From Gammaproteobacteria bacterium (lineage in GTDB: Bacteria; Pseudomonadota; Gammaproteobacteria; Ga0077536), in contig CAXXLL010000002.1 in assembly GCA_963662545.2 (NCBI GenBank), positions 224,001-288,000 of the forward strand: a stretch of DNA of 64,000 bases. Reading direction: 5' to 3'. Below are positions 41,307 to 50,205 of this stretch, piece after piece (position 1 is the stretch's first letter; each line of letters begins with the position of its first letter). Made by a program: the position numbers and the translations under genes. Under the pieces are notes generated by a model. The model was not told the origin of the DNA, ran no database searches, and worked only from the letters and a program-made list of their open reading frames with translations.

Positions 41307-43040
41307 ATGTTCAGTGTCATCGTAAAAAACGGCAAAGGTGAAACCTTACAGACCATTGAATGCCCGGTCGCGATCTGCGCGATAGGTAAGTCGCGCAGCA
41401 ATCTCATTCAACTGCGCGGCTGGAAAATCGCTCCACAGCATGCAGAGATCCAGCGCACGTCTGAAGGTCTATTCGTCGAACGGGTCGCGCAAAAGGCTGC
41501 GGTGGAAATCAACGGTAAAGCCGTCGAACATTACGGGCCGCTCAGGACCTCCGACGAGATCCGCATCGGCGGTTATGTTCTGCAGGTCGGTTCCTTCAAG
41601 AAAAAGGAGCAAGCCGAAAAAACCAAACCTAAAACTGACAAAAATATCGATTTTGTACTCGATCAAGACGATGACGATGACGAGGAAGATCTAAGAACCG
41701 TTATCGGCGTGCCGCGGCATGCCGAGATCGAAGGGTCCGAAGAGCTGTCTAAAACGCTGCTCGATCTGCGTCACCAGGACAAATTCAAGTATCGCAACCG
41801 CGTTCACGAAGAGCTGCTCGCGGCGATGGATCTCAGGCGCACGGACGTCAGCTCGATGGACGAAGAAGAGCTGCGCAAACACGTCAAAGGATTGATCAAG
41901 GAGATCATCGACGAACTCGGTGCGAAGATTCCCGCCGACGTCGACCGATCGGGTCTTGCCAAAGAGGTACTGGACGAAGCGGTCGGCCTCGGCCCGCTAG
42001 AGGAACTGCTTGCCGAAGAGGCCGTGACCGAGATCATGGTCAACAAGTTCGACGACATCTACGTCGAGCGGGGCGGGAAGCTGACCAAGTCTGAGATCAC
42101 GTTTTCCAGCGACGATGCGGTGATGTCGGCGATCGAACGTATCGTCTCGCCACTCGGTCGCCGCATCGATGAAAGTTCGCCCATGGTCGATGCGCGCCTC
42201 AAAGACGGTTCGCGCGTCAATGCGATCATCCCGCCATTGGCGCTACGCGGCCCCTGTCTGACGATCCGGAAATTCGCCGTCAAAAAACTAACCGGCGATG
42301 ACCTCATCGGTTTCGGTGCCATTAACAAGCCGATGGTTGCCTTTCTCAAGGTGGCGGTCGAGATGCGGCAAAATATCGTCATTTCCGGCGGTACGGGATC
42401 GGGTAAGACGACGACGCTCAACATCATGTCCAACTTCATCCCGCCGGATGAACGCATCGTGACCGTAGAAGACGCGGCGGAATTGAAATTGGCCCAGCCG
42501 CACCTGGTCAGCCTCGAAGCCCGGCCGGCCAATCTCGAAGGCAAAGGCATGGTGACCATTCGCGATCTCGTCAAGAACTGCTTGCGCATGCGGCCGGATC
42601 GCATCGTCGTCGGCGAGTGCCGCGGCGGCGAGGCGCTGGACATGCTTCAAGCAATGAATACCGGTCACGATGGATCCATGACCACCGCACACGCCAATAC
42701 GCCGCGCGATCTAATCTCACGGCTCGAAGTCATGGTCATGATGTCGGGCATGGATCTCCCGCTTACCGCCATTCGCGAGCAGGTTGCCTCCGCGGTCGAC
42801 GTCATCGTGCAACAAACCCGATTTACGGACGGTTCCAGGCGGATCATAAACATTAGCGAAATTACCGGTGTCGAAGGCGGCACCATTCAGATGCAGGACA
42901 TCTTCCGTTACGATCAAAAGGGCTTTAACGAAGAAGGCAAGGTGGTCGGCGAATTTGTCGCGACCGGCTGTGTGCCGGAGTTCTACGAGGATCTGCGCTC
43001 GCGCGGGATCAAGGTGGATATGAGTATTTTCGAAAACTGA
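41307..43040 (+). CDS. cpaF: Tad ATPase CpaF/TadA with FHA-like N-terminus
   Basis: GLGPLEELL, GGTGSGKTT, LRMRPDRIVVGECRG, MNTGHDGS. N-terminal IGKSRSN...HAEI. Confidence 0.95.
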   Translation: MFSVIVKNGKGETLQTIECPVAICAIGKSRSNLIQLRGWKIAPQHAEIQRTSEGLFVERVAQKAAVEINGKAVEHYGPLRTSDEIRIGGYVLQVGSFKKKEQAEKTKPKTDKNIDFVLDQDDDDDEEDLRTVIGVPRHAEIEGSEELSKTLLDLRHQDKFKYRNRVHEELLAAMDLRRTDVSSMDEEELRKHVKGLIKEIIDELGAKIPADVDRSGLAKEVLDEAVGLGPLEELLAEEAVTEIMVNKFDDIYVERGGKLTKSEITFSSDDAVMSAIERIVSPLGRRIDESSPMVDARLKDGSRVNAIIPPLALRGPCLTIRKFAVKKLTGDDLIGFGAINKPMVAFLKVAVEMRQNIVISGGTGSGKTTTLNIMSNFIPPDERIVTVEDAAELKLAQPHLVSLEARPANLEGKGMVTIRDLVKNCLRMRPDRIVVGECRGGEALDMLQAMNTGHDGSMTTAHANTPRDLISRLEVMVMMSGMDLPLTAIREQVASAVDVIVQQTRFTDGSRRIINISEITGVEGGTIQMQDIFRYDQKGFNEEGKVVGEFVATGCVPEFYEDLRSRGIKVDMSIFEN

Positions 43041-43918
43041 TGGCTACTCTGTGGGCCATCGTCGCCACCATCGCCTTTCCGCTGGCAATTCTGGCGGTCT
43101 TTCTCTCGGCCACCTTAGCGTGGGTGATTATCTCCACCAAAGCGCAAAGCAAGCTCGAAGCATATCGGCAGGATTTCACCACCTCGGCGTCGTCCAACAT
43201 GGCCGACATGTTCATGTTCGTCGACCCCAACCGACTGTTCCGGATCAATTTGATCGTGCTGGTCGTTGTGCCGATCGTCGTATGGTTGCTCCTCGGCGAT
43301 TGGATCACGACGCTTGCCACGTTCTTTATCATTTTGATATTTCCAACGTATTACTATCGATCGATGAAGAAAAAGCGCCTCGCAATGATCGAAGCACAAC
43401 TGCCGGATGCGCTGGCCATGGTAGCGGGCTCCATGCGCGCCGGCGCGAGTCTCAGTATCGCACTCGATAACCTCGTCGCCGAGCAACCGGCCCCACTCAG
43501 TCAGGAATTTGAAATTTTTACTCAAGAGCAACGCCTCGGCGTCGACTTCGAGCTATCGCTCGACAATATGGAAAAACGTATACCGATGCAGGATTTCGCA
43601 ATGTTGATGACCGCACTGCGAATCAATCGTGAAGTAGGTGGGAATCTCGCCGACACGATCGATTCACTAGGCGATACCTTGCGGAGAAAGGGCACCATGG
43701 AAGGCAAGATCCAAAGCTTGACGGCACAGGGAAAATTGCAGGGCATAGTGATGACCGGCCTGCCGGTACTGCTCGGCGTTCTGCTCAATTTTCTCGAACC
43801 GGAGGCCATGAGCAAACTTTGGACGACCGGTATCGGTTGGACCGTGTTGGCAGTGGTCATCGTCATGGAAATACTCGGTTATCTCATGATCAGCAAGATC
43901 ACATCGATCGACGTCTAA
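43040..43918 (+). CDS. tadB: Tad platform protein TadB
   Basis: QLPDAL...RAG, GGNLAD, LTAQGKLQG. Confidence 0.92.
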   Translation: MATLWAIVATIAFPLAILAVFLSATLAWVIISTKAQSKLEAYRQDFTTSASSNMADMFMFVDPNRLFRINLIVLVVVPIVVWLLLGDWITTLATFFIILIFPTYYYRSMKKKRLAMIEAQLPDALAMVAGSMRAGASLSIALDNLVAEQPAPLSQEFEIFTQEQRLGVDFELSLDNMEKRIPMQDFAMLMTALRINREVGGNLADTIDSLGDTLRRKGTMEGKIQSLTAQGKLQGIVMTGLPVLLGVLLNFLEPEAMSKLWTTGIGWTVLAVVIVMEILGYLMISKITSIDV

Positions 43919-43938
43919 TGCGCATGAGTATCGTGTAA

Positions 43939-44832
43939 ATGGAAGAAGGCCTCTCAGGACCGATGCCGTTCATGATCATGCTCGCCTGGGGGCTGAGCGG
44001 TTTTTGTTTTCTGCTGCTCGTGTTCTGGGTGAATTCGCTCATCGAGGAGGAAGATCGAGCCTACATGGATCCGTTGCCGCCTTTACTGAAACTGATCTGG
44101 CCGTTCGTTCAAATCATTGCTAATTTCGTCGTGGCGTTTCTGCCTTACGATTATCTCGAGTACACCGAAAAACGGCTGCAACGAACGGGCGTCAGTTATC
44201 TCGTTACCGCCGAGCAGTTCGTCGCGCTGCAGCTCTTCCTCGCGATGCTCTCGGCGCCCGTCGTATGGATGTGTCTCAACGTAATGCAAAAATCGCTTCC
44301 GCTGGCGATCATTTTGGCGCCCTTCGCTGGATTTCTATTTCCTAACGTGTGGCTGGCTGATACGCGCAAACGCCGGGAACTCGGCGTAATCCGGAGTATG
44401 CCCGTGTATCTCGATTTCATCACGATGTGCGTCGAAGCCGGGCTTAATCTATCCGGCGCGCTGGCGCAGGCGATGGAAAAAGGGCCGCCGGGGCCCTTAC
44501 GCAATGAATTCGCCATCGTGTTGCGTGACCTGCGTGCCGGCGTGACCCGAGCCGACGCTTTACGGCGCATGGCCGACCGCCTCGACATTCTCGAAGTCAC
44601 GAGCTTCGTCAGCGCCGTCATCCAAGCCGAAAAGATGGGCGCAAGCCTCGCATCCGTGTTACGCGTTCAAGCTGAACAGCGCCGTAACGAGCGCTTTCAG
44701 CGCGCGGAAAAACTCGCCATGGAGGCGCCCATTAAACTCGTTGGGCCGCTCATCCTGTTTATTTTTCCGGTCACATTTATCGTGCTCGCATTTCCGATCG
44801 TCATGAAATTCATGGCTGAGGGTTCAATGTGA
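43939..44832 (+). CDS. tadC: Tad platform protein TadC
   Basis: LDFITMCVEAGLNL, QAEKMG, RFQRAEKLAMEAPIKL. Confidence 0.92.
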   Translation: MEEGLSGPMPFMIMLAWGLSGFCFLLLVFWVNSLIEEEDRAYMDPLPPLLKLIWPFVQIIANFVVAFLPYDYLEYTEKRLQRTGVSYLVTAEQFVALQLFLAMLSAPVVWMCLNVMQKSLPLAIILAPFAGFLFPNVWLADTRKRRELGVIRSMPVYLDFITMCVEAGLNLSGALAQAMEKGPPGPLRNEFAIVLRDLRAGVTRADALRRMADRLDILEVTSFVSAVIQAEKMGASLASVLRVQAEQRRNERFQRAEKLAMEAPIKLVGPLILFIFPVTFIVLAFPIVMKFMAEGSM

Positions 44833-44887
44833 TTACGGTGCGCTCCTCATAAGAGGCGCGACGCGCGTTCCAAGCGTCGCGAGATGC

Positions 44888-46900
44888 TTGACGAAGGTGA
44901 ATTCACTCTATTCCATCGGCCTTGCGGTTCTGATTGTCTTTCTCGCCGCTTGCGGGAGCACTCCGGAACGTAAAGAAGCGGCCGCTGCTAAAGAGCCGAC
45001 GGCAGTCGACTTGATGGCCACACTAGCCTCGGCGCGTTCCGCATACGCTCAGAAGAACTGGCGCGAGGCGGAGCGGCATTACGAAATCCTGGTGCGTCGC
45101 GTGCCGAAAGATCCAGAGCACTGGTTCCGGATGGCGAATATCTATGCGCGTACCGAGCGTCCGGATCTCGCGGTCACGGCTTATCGCGAAGTCCTCGTGC
45201 GCGACTCCAATTACGCTAAAGCGTGGTTCAACATGGGCATCGTGCAACTGCGGCAGGCAGCCAATAGCTTCCGCAAGATGGAAGTACACGTTGACGAATC
45301 CGACCCGGCGCGCATGCAAGCTGCGGAAGCCTATCAGGGTATTCTCGACATTATCGGCGGAGAGAATGGGCGGGCGGAACAACCTGCGCCAATCGTGCGG
45401 GCCATTCCGGATCAGCAGTTCGAAGCGCCCGAAAGCGATGCCGCTACCGTATCGGACGCGGAAATTGTAGAAATCCCCGACGCTTCCCAGGCCGATGTAA
45501 GAGAGGCTTCGACACCGGTGCAAGCTGCTGTAAGCACCGGAGATGTCGAAGCGATCGGTGCTGCCGAGCAGGTCGATGATAGAGAAATCGCTGACGTCGC
45601 CGTACAACCCGCGCCGGTCGAGGACGCTGAACTTGAGAAGGCCGGAGAACTGGAAGCGATCGCCGGAGCCGAGGAAGCGACGGCAGTCGAGGAAGCTCCG
45701 GCACTCGAAGAGCCGGCCGGCGCCGTGGTGACAGAGCAGCCAGGCACCGTGGCGCAACCGGTGCTGGCTGATGACTCCAACATTGAAGAGACCGGAGATT
45801 TGGAAACGGCTTCGCAAGCCCAGGAAACCGCGGTAGGCGACGACACTCGAATCCTTGGAGAGGCGGGCCAGGGGGTTATGAACGACGAACCAGAAATGGC
45901 GGGGCACTCCGCGGTGGTCGAGGATTCGGTTCCTGAAGAGACGGCCGAGGCTGCGATGCCCGAGGAAGCAGAAATAGCGGCACAATCCATAATGGTCGAG
46001 GATTCGGTTCCTGACGAGTCGGCCGAGGCTGCGATGCCCGAGGAAGCAGAAATAGCGGCGCAATCCATAATGGTCGAGGATTCGGTTCCTGAAGAGACGG
46101 CCGAGGCTGCGATGCCCGAGGAAGCAGAAATAGCGGCGCAATCCATAATGGTCGAGGATTCGGTTCCTGAAGAGACGGCCGAGGCTGCGATGCCCGAGGA
46201 AGCAGAAATAGCGGCGCAATCCATAATGGTCGAGGATTCGGTTCCTGAAGAGACGGCTGAGGCTGCGATGCCCGAGGAAGCAGAAATAACGGCGCAATCC
46301 ATAATGATCGAGGATTCGGTCCTTGAAGAGACGGGAGAACTCGAAGCCGCAGTTGACGCTCGGGAAGCCGTGCCATTTGATGAAATTCCAGCGAGCGAGG
46401 AGACGGCTGGGGCCATTGAGCCAGAACAAGCGCCTGTAGCGGTGCAAGCTGCGGCCATTGAGGACCCCGGCGTCGATGAGACGGGAGCAACTGAAGCTCC
46501 CTTAGAAGTAGATGAATCCGCGCTTGTCGACCTTGATCGAACGATCGAAGAGACCGCCGAACCTGCTATGCCCGAACCACTGGAAACAGCAGTGGAATCC
46601 ACGGCTACCGAGGGAACGATTGATACTGCGGAAATCGAGCCGGGCGAAACAGTCGGTCCGGCTGGGCAAGCCGAGCCGGTCCCGAACGCGGAAGTGATTG
46701 AGGAGTCACGCGCAATCGAAGAAGTGGAAGAAATCAGACAGGCTGTCGAAGTTCAACAAGCCGGGGTGGTCGAATATAGCGGGCTGGCCGAACCAGTCGT
46801 TCAAGATGCGAAGTCTGTCGCAGCGGAGTTAGTAGATGGGGCCGAAAATGCCCGCAATAGCGGTGATCTCGAGGACGCCGGGCATGCTACCACTGAATAG
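44888..46900 (+). CDS. TPR lipoprotein (TadD position) with a long acidic low-complexity tail
   Basis: Lipobox LAAC; TPR motifs (WFRMANIY, AWFNMG); about 500 aa E/A-rich tail. Confidence 0.78.
   Translation: MTKVNSLYSIGLAVLIVFLAACGSTPERKEAAAAKEPTAVDLMATLASARSAYAQKNWREAERHYEILVRRVPKDPEHWFRMANIYARTERPDLAVTAYREVLVRDSNYAKAWFNMGIVQLRQAANSFRKMEVHVDESDPARMQAAEAYQGILDIIGGENGRAEQPAPIVRAIPDQQFEAPESDAATVSDAEIVEIPDASQADVREASTPVQAAVSTGDVEAIGAAEQVDDREIADVAVQPAPVEDAELEKAGELEAIAGAEEATAVEEAPALEEPAGAVVTEQPGTVAQPVLADDSNIEETGDLETASQAQETAVGDDTRILGEAGQGVMNDEPEMAGHSAVVEDSVPEETAEAAMPEEAEIAAQSIMVEDSVPDESAEAAMPEEAEIAAQSIMVEDSVPEETAEAAMPEEAEIAAQSIMVEDSVPEETAEAAMPEEAEIAAQSIMVEDSVPEETAEAAMPEEAEITAQSIMIEDSVLEETGELEAAVDAREAVPFDEIPASEETAGAIEPEQAPVAVQAAAIEDPGVDETGATEAPLEVDESALVDLDRTIEETAEPAMPEPLETAVESTATEGTIDTAEIEPGETVGPAGQAEPVPNAEVIEESRAIEEVEEIRQAVEVQQAGVVEYSGLAEPVVQDAKSVAAELVDGAENARNSGDLEDAGHATTE
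45917..46334 (+). repeat. 78-bp coding tandem repeat, 5 full copies + partial
   Basis: Units start at 45917, 45995, 46073, 46151, 46229 and 46307; peptide VEDSVPEETAEAAMPEEAEIAAQSIM. Confidence 0.95.
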
Positions 46901-47684
46901 ATCCAAGCGCGGGCAGGCGATGGTCGAGTTCGTCATCGTGGCCGGCGTGCTCCTGATGCTGATCCTTGGATCGATCCAGTTTGCGCTCATCTACCATGCT
47001 AAAACGACGCTGAATTACGCAGCCTTCGAGGCCGCCCGCGCGGGATCGGTGACCAACGCGCGGATGTTTGCAATGGAACTGGCCTTCGCGCGCGCGATGG
47101 CACCGCTATACACGACGCCTTACGTGGACGAAACGTGCAATTCGGTTTTCGTGCCCACTACTAAAACGGCAACCGATGATTTAAGTCCGCTCCACGGTAC
47201 CAGCCTGTCGCTCTTCCACGTCCAATGCGCTCGACAACGCGTCCGCGACATGATCGAGGAAGGCAAGTACGTCCGTATTCTGCTCGTCAATCCGACTGAG
47301 GATTCCTTCATCGATCACGGCGAAACCGTAGGCGGTACCCGTTACATTCCGAACGACAATTTGATGTACCGCAGTGCGTTTGTAAGTCCACTGTCCGGGC
47401 AATCCGTTCAGGACGCGAATCTCATCAAGGTTCACGTCAGCTTTTGCCATAAGCTGATCGTACCGCTGGTTGATCGCATGATTTCACGCATGATTACGGA
47501 TGCACCGGACGACGAGTTTCCGGAAAACTTCGGGGCGCCCGATGGGAGCTCTTTTGCGTTCCGCTGTTCGGTCGATGGCGCTAACGAGGGTCGCTACGGT
47601 ATTGCGATCCATGCGGAAGCGGTCATGCGTATGCAGTCTGATGCAATCGAAGATATCTTCTGTGCTGGATCCTGTGGCACCTAA
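46884..47684 (+). CDS. tadE: TadE-like pseudopilin
   Basis: RGQAMVEF + TM, LNYAAFEAARAG, QDANLIK. Confidence 0.87.
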   Translation: MLPLNRSKRGQAMVEFVIVAGVLLMLILGSIQFALIYHAKTTLNYAAFEAARAGSVTNARMFAMELAFARAMAPLYTTPYVDETCNSVFVPTTKTATDDLSPLHGTSLSLFHVQCARQRVRDMIEEGKYVRILLVNPTEDSFIDHGETVGGTRYIPNDNLMYRSAFVSPLSGQSVQDANLIKVHVSFCHKLIVPLVDRMISRMITDAPDDEFPENFGAPDGSSFAFRCSVDGANEGRYGIAIHAEAVMRMQSDAIEDIFCAGSCGT

Positions 47685-47750
47685 GACGACCCGAATCTCC
47701 TGCTCACCTTGCCGTAACCACGCCGCAGTAACTCTAAAAGTGATCTACGT

Positions 47751-48524
47751 ATGCCTAAGGATCTCTTCACCATCGAGGGCAAAACAGCACTCGTAACGGG
47801 TGGATCGCGCGGTATCGGGCTCATGATCGCGCGCGCCTATGTCGAGGCGGGCGCGAAAGTCTACATCTCGTCACGCAAGGTCGATGTTTGCGCTGAAGCC
47901 GCGGCAACATTGTCGAAGCTCGGTACCTGCACCGCGCTACCGGCCGACCTGTCGAAGATGGACGAAATCGACCGTTTGGCGAACGAACTCAAGGCGCGCG
48001 AGGATGCGCTTCACGTGCTGGTCAATAATGCGGGCGCGACCTGGGGCGCTAAGGTGGACGACTTCCCGGAGCAAGGCTGGGACAAGGTCATGGACGTCAA
48101 TCTCAAGGCGCCGTTCTTTCTGATTCAGAAACTATTACCCGTATTGGAGGCGGCTGCCCGTGCCGATGATCCCGCGCGGATCATCAACATCGGTTCGGTC
48201 GATGGCTTGCATAACTCGCTCTTCGAAAACTTCTCCTATGGCCCTTCCAAAGCAGGACTGCATCACATGACACGCAATTTGGCGGCGCATCTCGCAGCGC
48301 GGCACATTACCGTGAACGCAGTCGCCCCCGGACCCTTTGCCACTGACATGATGAAACCGATGATTGAAACGATGGGCGATGCCATAACTGCAAACGTCCC
48401 GCTTGAGCGCATGGGCTCGCAGGACGACGCGGGGGGCATTGCAATCTTTCTGGCGGCGCGTGCGTCAGCGTATATCACCGGTGCCGTCATACCACTCGAC
48501 GGCGGGGTTATCGCGGCGTCCTGA
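47751..48524 (+). CDS. SDR-family oxidoreductase
   Basis: TGGSRGIG, NNAGATWG, YGPSK. Confidence 0.92.
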   Translation: MPKDLFTIEGKTALVTGGSRGIGLMIARAYVEAGAKVYISSRKVDVCAEAAATLSKLGTCTALPADLSKMDEIDRLANELKAREDALHVLVNNAGATWGAKVDDFPEQGWDKVMDVNLKAPFFLIQKLLPVLEAAARADDPARIINIGSVDGLHNSLFENFSYGPSKAGLHHMTRNLAAHLAARHITVNAVAPGPFATDMMKPMIETMGDAITANVPLERMGSQDDAGGIAIFLAARASAYITGAVIPLDGGVIAAS

Positions 48525-48540
48525 GCCCACTCGATCGAAT

Positions 48541-48975
48541 CTATTCGGGCAGCGTATCCCCCGACCCCCCCATTTCGGCCGGCACGTCCTTCATCTTCGG
48601 TAAGCCGTCCTTGATGCTCAGCACAGACTCTGCATAGAAGACGTGCACCGCGGGCTGAAAGTCGAGTTGCGTAAGAATCGCTGCGTAAACGTCGATCAAT
48701 CCCATGCCGGGATGATTCGTCATGATGTGGCCGCCGCAGTCCCTGCACCATTTACGATGGCTGTTGTCCGTTTTGGCATAGGTATCGAGCTTGTCTTCAC
48801 CCTTTGTAATCTTGACGGAATCGGGACTCCACAGCGAGAACGCATTGATCGGTCCGGCCGACCAATGACGGCAGGATTCGCAGTGGCAATAGCCCATTGC
48901 CGTGGGCGTGCCGGTCACTTCAATTTGGACGGCGCCGCAGAAGCAGCCGCCGTGGTAGGTCTGGTCGTCGCTCAT
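48541..48975 (-). CDS. GFA (CENP-V-like) family protein
   Basis: GGCFCG, CHCESC, CRDCG. Confidence 0.9.
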   Translation of the reverse strand: MSDDQTYHGGCFCGAVQIEVTGTPTAMGYCHCESCRHWSAGPINAFSLWSPDSVKITKGEDKLDTYAKTDNSHRKWCRDCGGHIMTNHPGMGLIDVYAAILTQLDFQPAVHVFYAESVLSIKDGLPKMKDVPAEMGGSGDTLPE

Positions 48976-49094
48976 GACGGTTTTCCTCCGAGTTCAGATA
49001 CTGCGCGAGGCGCAGTATCGGTCAATGCGTTTACGTAGCCATCGTATCACCTGCCTTAACCCTCACGATATATACGTGCCGTGCTTCGATTTGG

Positions 49095-50198
49095 ATGATA
49101 ATCCGGGCGGTGACGCGCCCATTCGACAAACGTGCTCCCGTCCGGGTCGTAATCCTTTTCACCGCCTGGGCCGTCTGGCTACCGGCATCGGCTGAGCGCG
49201 GCCTCGATCTCACGATCGCTACGGTACACGCACCGACCGTACCCTGGGTGACTGTGATAAGAGACTACGTGTTGCCCGAGTTCAACGCGCAGATGGCGGA
49301 GCAAATGCCCGATATGCCGGTTAGATGGACCGAGGCTTACGGCACGCTCTACAAATGGCACAACAGTCTCGATGCCGTCGAGATCGGCCTTGCCGACGTC
49401 GGTTGGGTCGGCGCGCTGTGGGAAACCTCCAAGCTGCCGCTGCAGAACATCACCTATTCGCTGCCATTCATCACTGACGATCTGTTGACCTTGGTGCGCG
49501 TAATGAATCGACTGCACGACGAGATCCCTGGGATGCGTGAGACCTGGGAGCGGTATAACACGCATTTTCTCGGCATGAGTGGGGTCGAAACCTACCACCT
49601 CATGACTAATTTTCCCGTGCATAGCCTCGACGATTTGAAAGGTCGCAAGATCCTCGCGCCCGGCGCGGCCGCGATCTGGCTCAAGGGCACCGGTGCCATC
49701 GCCGTCGACGGCGCGCTGTCGACCTATTACACGCAGTTGAAGACCGGTGTGGCGGAAGGGACCGTCTCCATTTTGACCGGTATTTATCCGTTTCGGATCC
49801 ACGAGGTCGCGCCCTATGTGACATTCGTCGGCATCGGTGCGCAATGTACCGGTGCGCTGACGGTTAACCTCGATGTATGGCGGCGGCTGCCGCCGGCGGC
49901 GCGTGACATTCTAAGCCGGCTCGGTCGTGAATACGGCGAGCGAGCCGCCCTCGAAGTCCTCAAGCGTTACGCGGACGCCTACGAGGGTCTCAAGAACGAC
50001 GGCGTGGTGTTCGCCACCCTGCCGGCCGCCGAAAAGCAACGTTGGATCGACGGACTGCCCGATCTGGGCCGCACCTGGGTCGCGCGCAACGAGGCCAGGG
50101 GATTACCCGCGGGCGACGTGCTCCGGGGCCTCATGCGGGGCCTGAGGGAATCCGGAATCGAGCCCATGCAAGACTGGGACCTGCAGATCGATCCCTGA
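49095..50198 (+). CDS. TRAP transporter substrate-binding protein (DctP family)
   Basis: SLDDLKGRKI, HEVAPY, VNLDVWRRLP; upstream of a DctQM gene. Start uncertain. Confidence 0.88.
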   Translation: MIIRAVTRPFDKRAPVRVVILFTAWAVWLPASAERGLDLTIATVHAPTVPWVTVIRDYVLPEFNAQMAEQMPDMPVRWTEAYGTLYKWHNSLDAVEIGLADVGWVGALWETSKLPLQNITYSLPFITDDLLTLVRVMNRLHDEIPGMRETWERYNTHFLGMSGVETYHLMTNFPVHSLDDLKGRKILAPGAAAIWLKGTGAIAVDGALSTYYTQLKTGVAEGTVSILTGIYPFRIHEVAPYVTFVGIGAQCTGALTVNLDVWRRLPPAARDILSRLGREYGERAALEVLKRYADAYEGLKNDGVVFATLPAAEKQRWIDGLPDLGRTWVARNEARGLPAGDVLRGLMRGLRESGIEPMQDWDLQIDP

Positions 50199-50205
50199 TT
50201 TCAAG

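Noticed and set aside
45917-46334. Possible CRISPR array
   Set aside because: Units are contiguous 78-bp repeats with no unique spacers, are in frame within a CDS, and no cas genes are present.
45023-46602. Long antisense ORFs over the TPR tail, and similar shadow ORFs elsewhere (e.g. 3181-4494, 18960-19985)
   Set aside because: Explained by high GC content and repeats opposite well-supported genes; no recognisable motifs.
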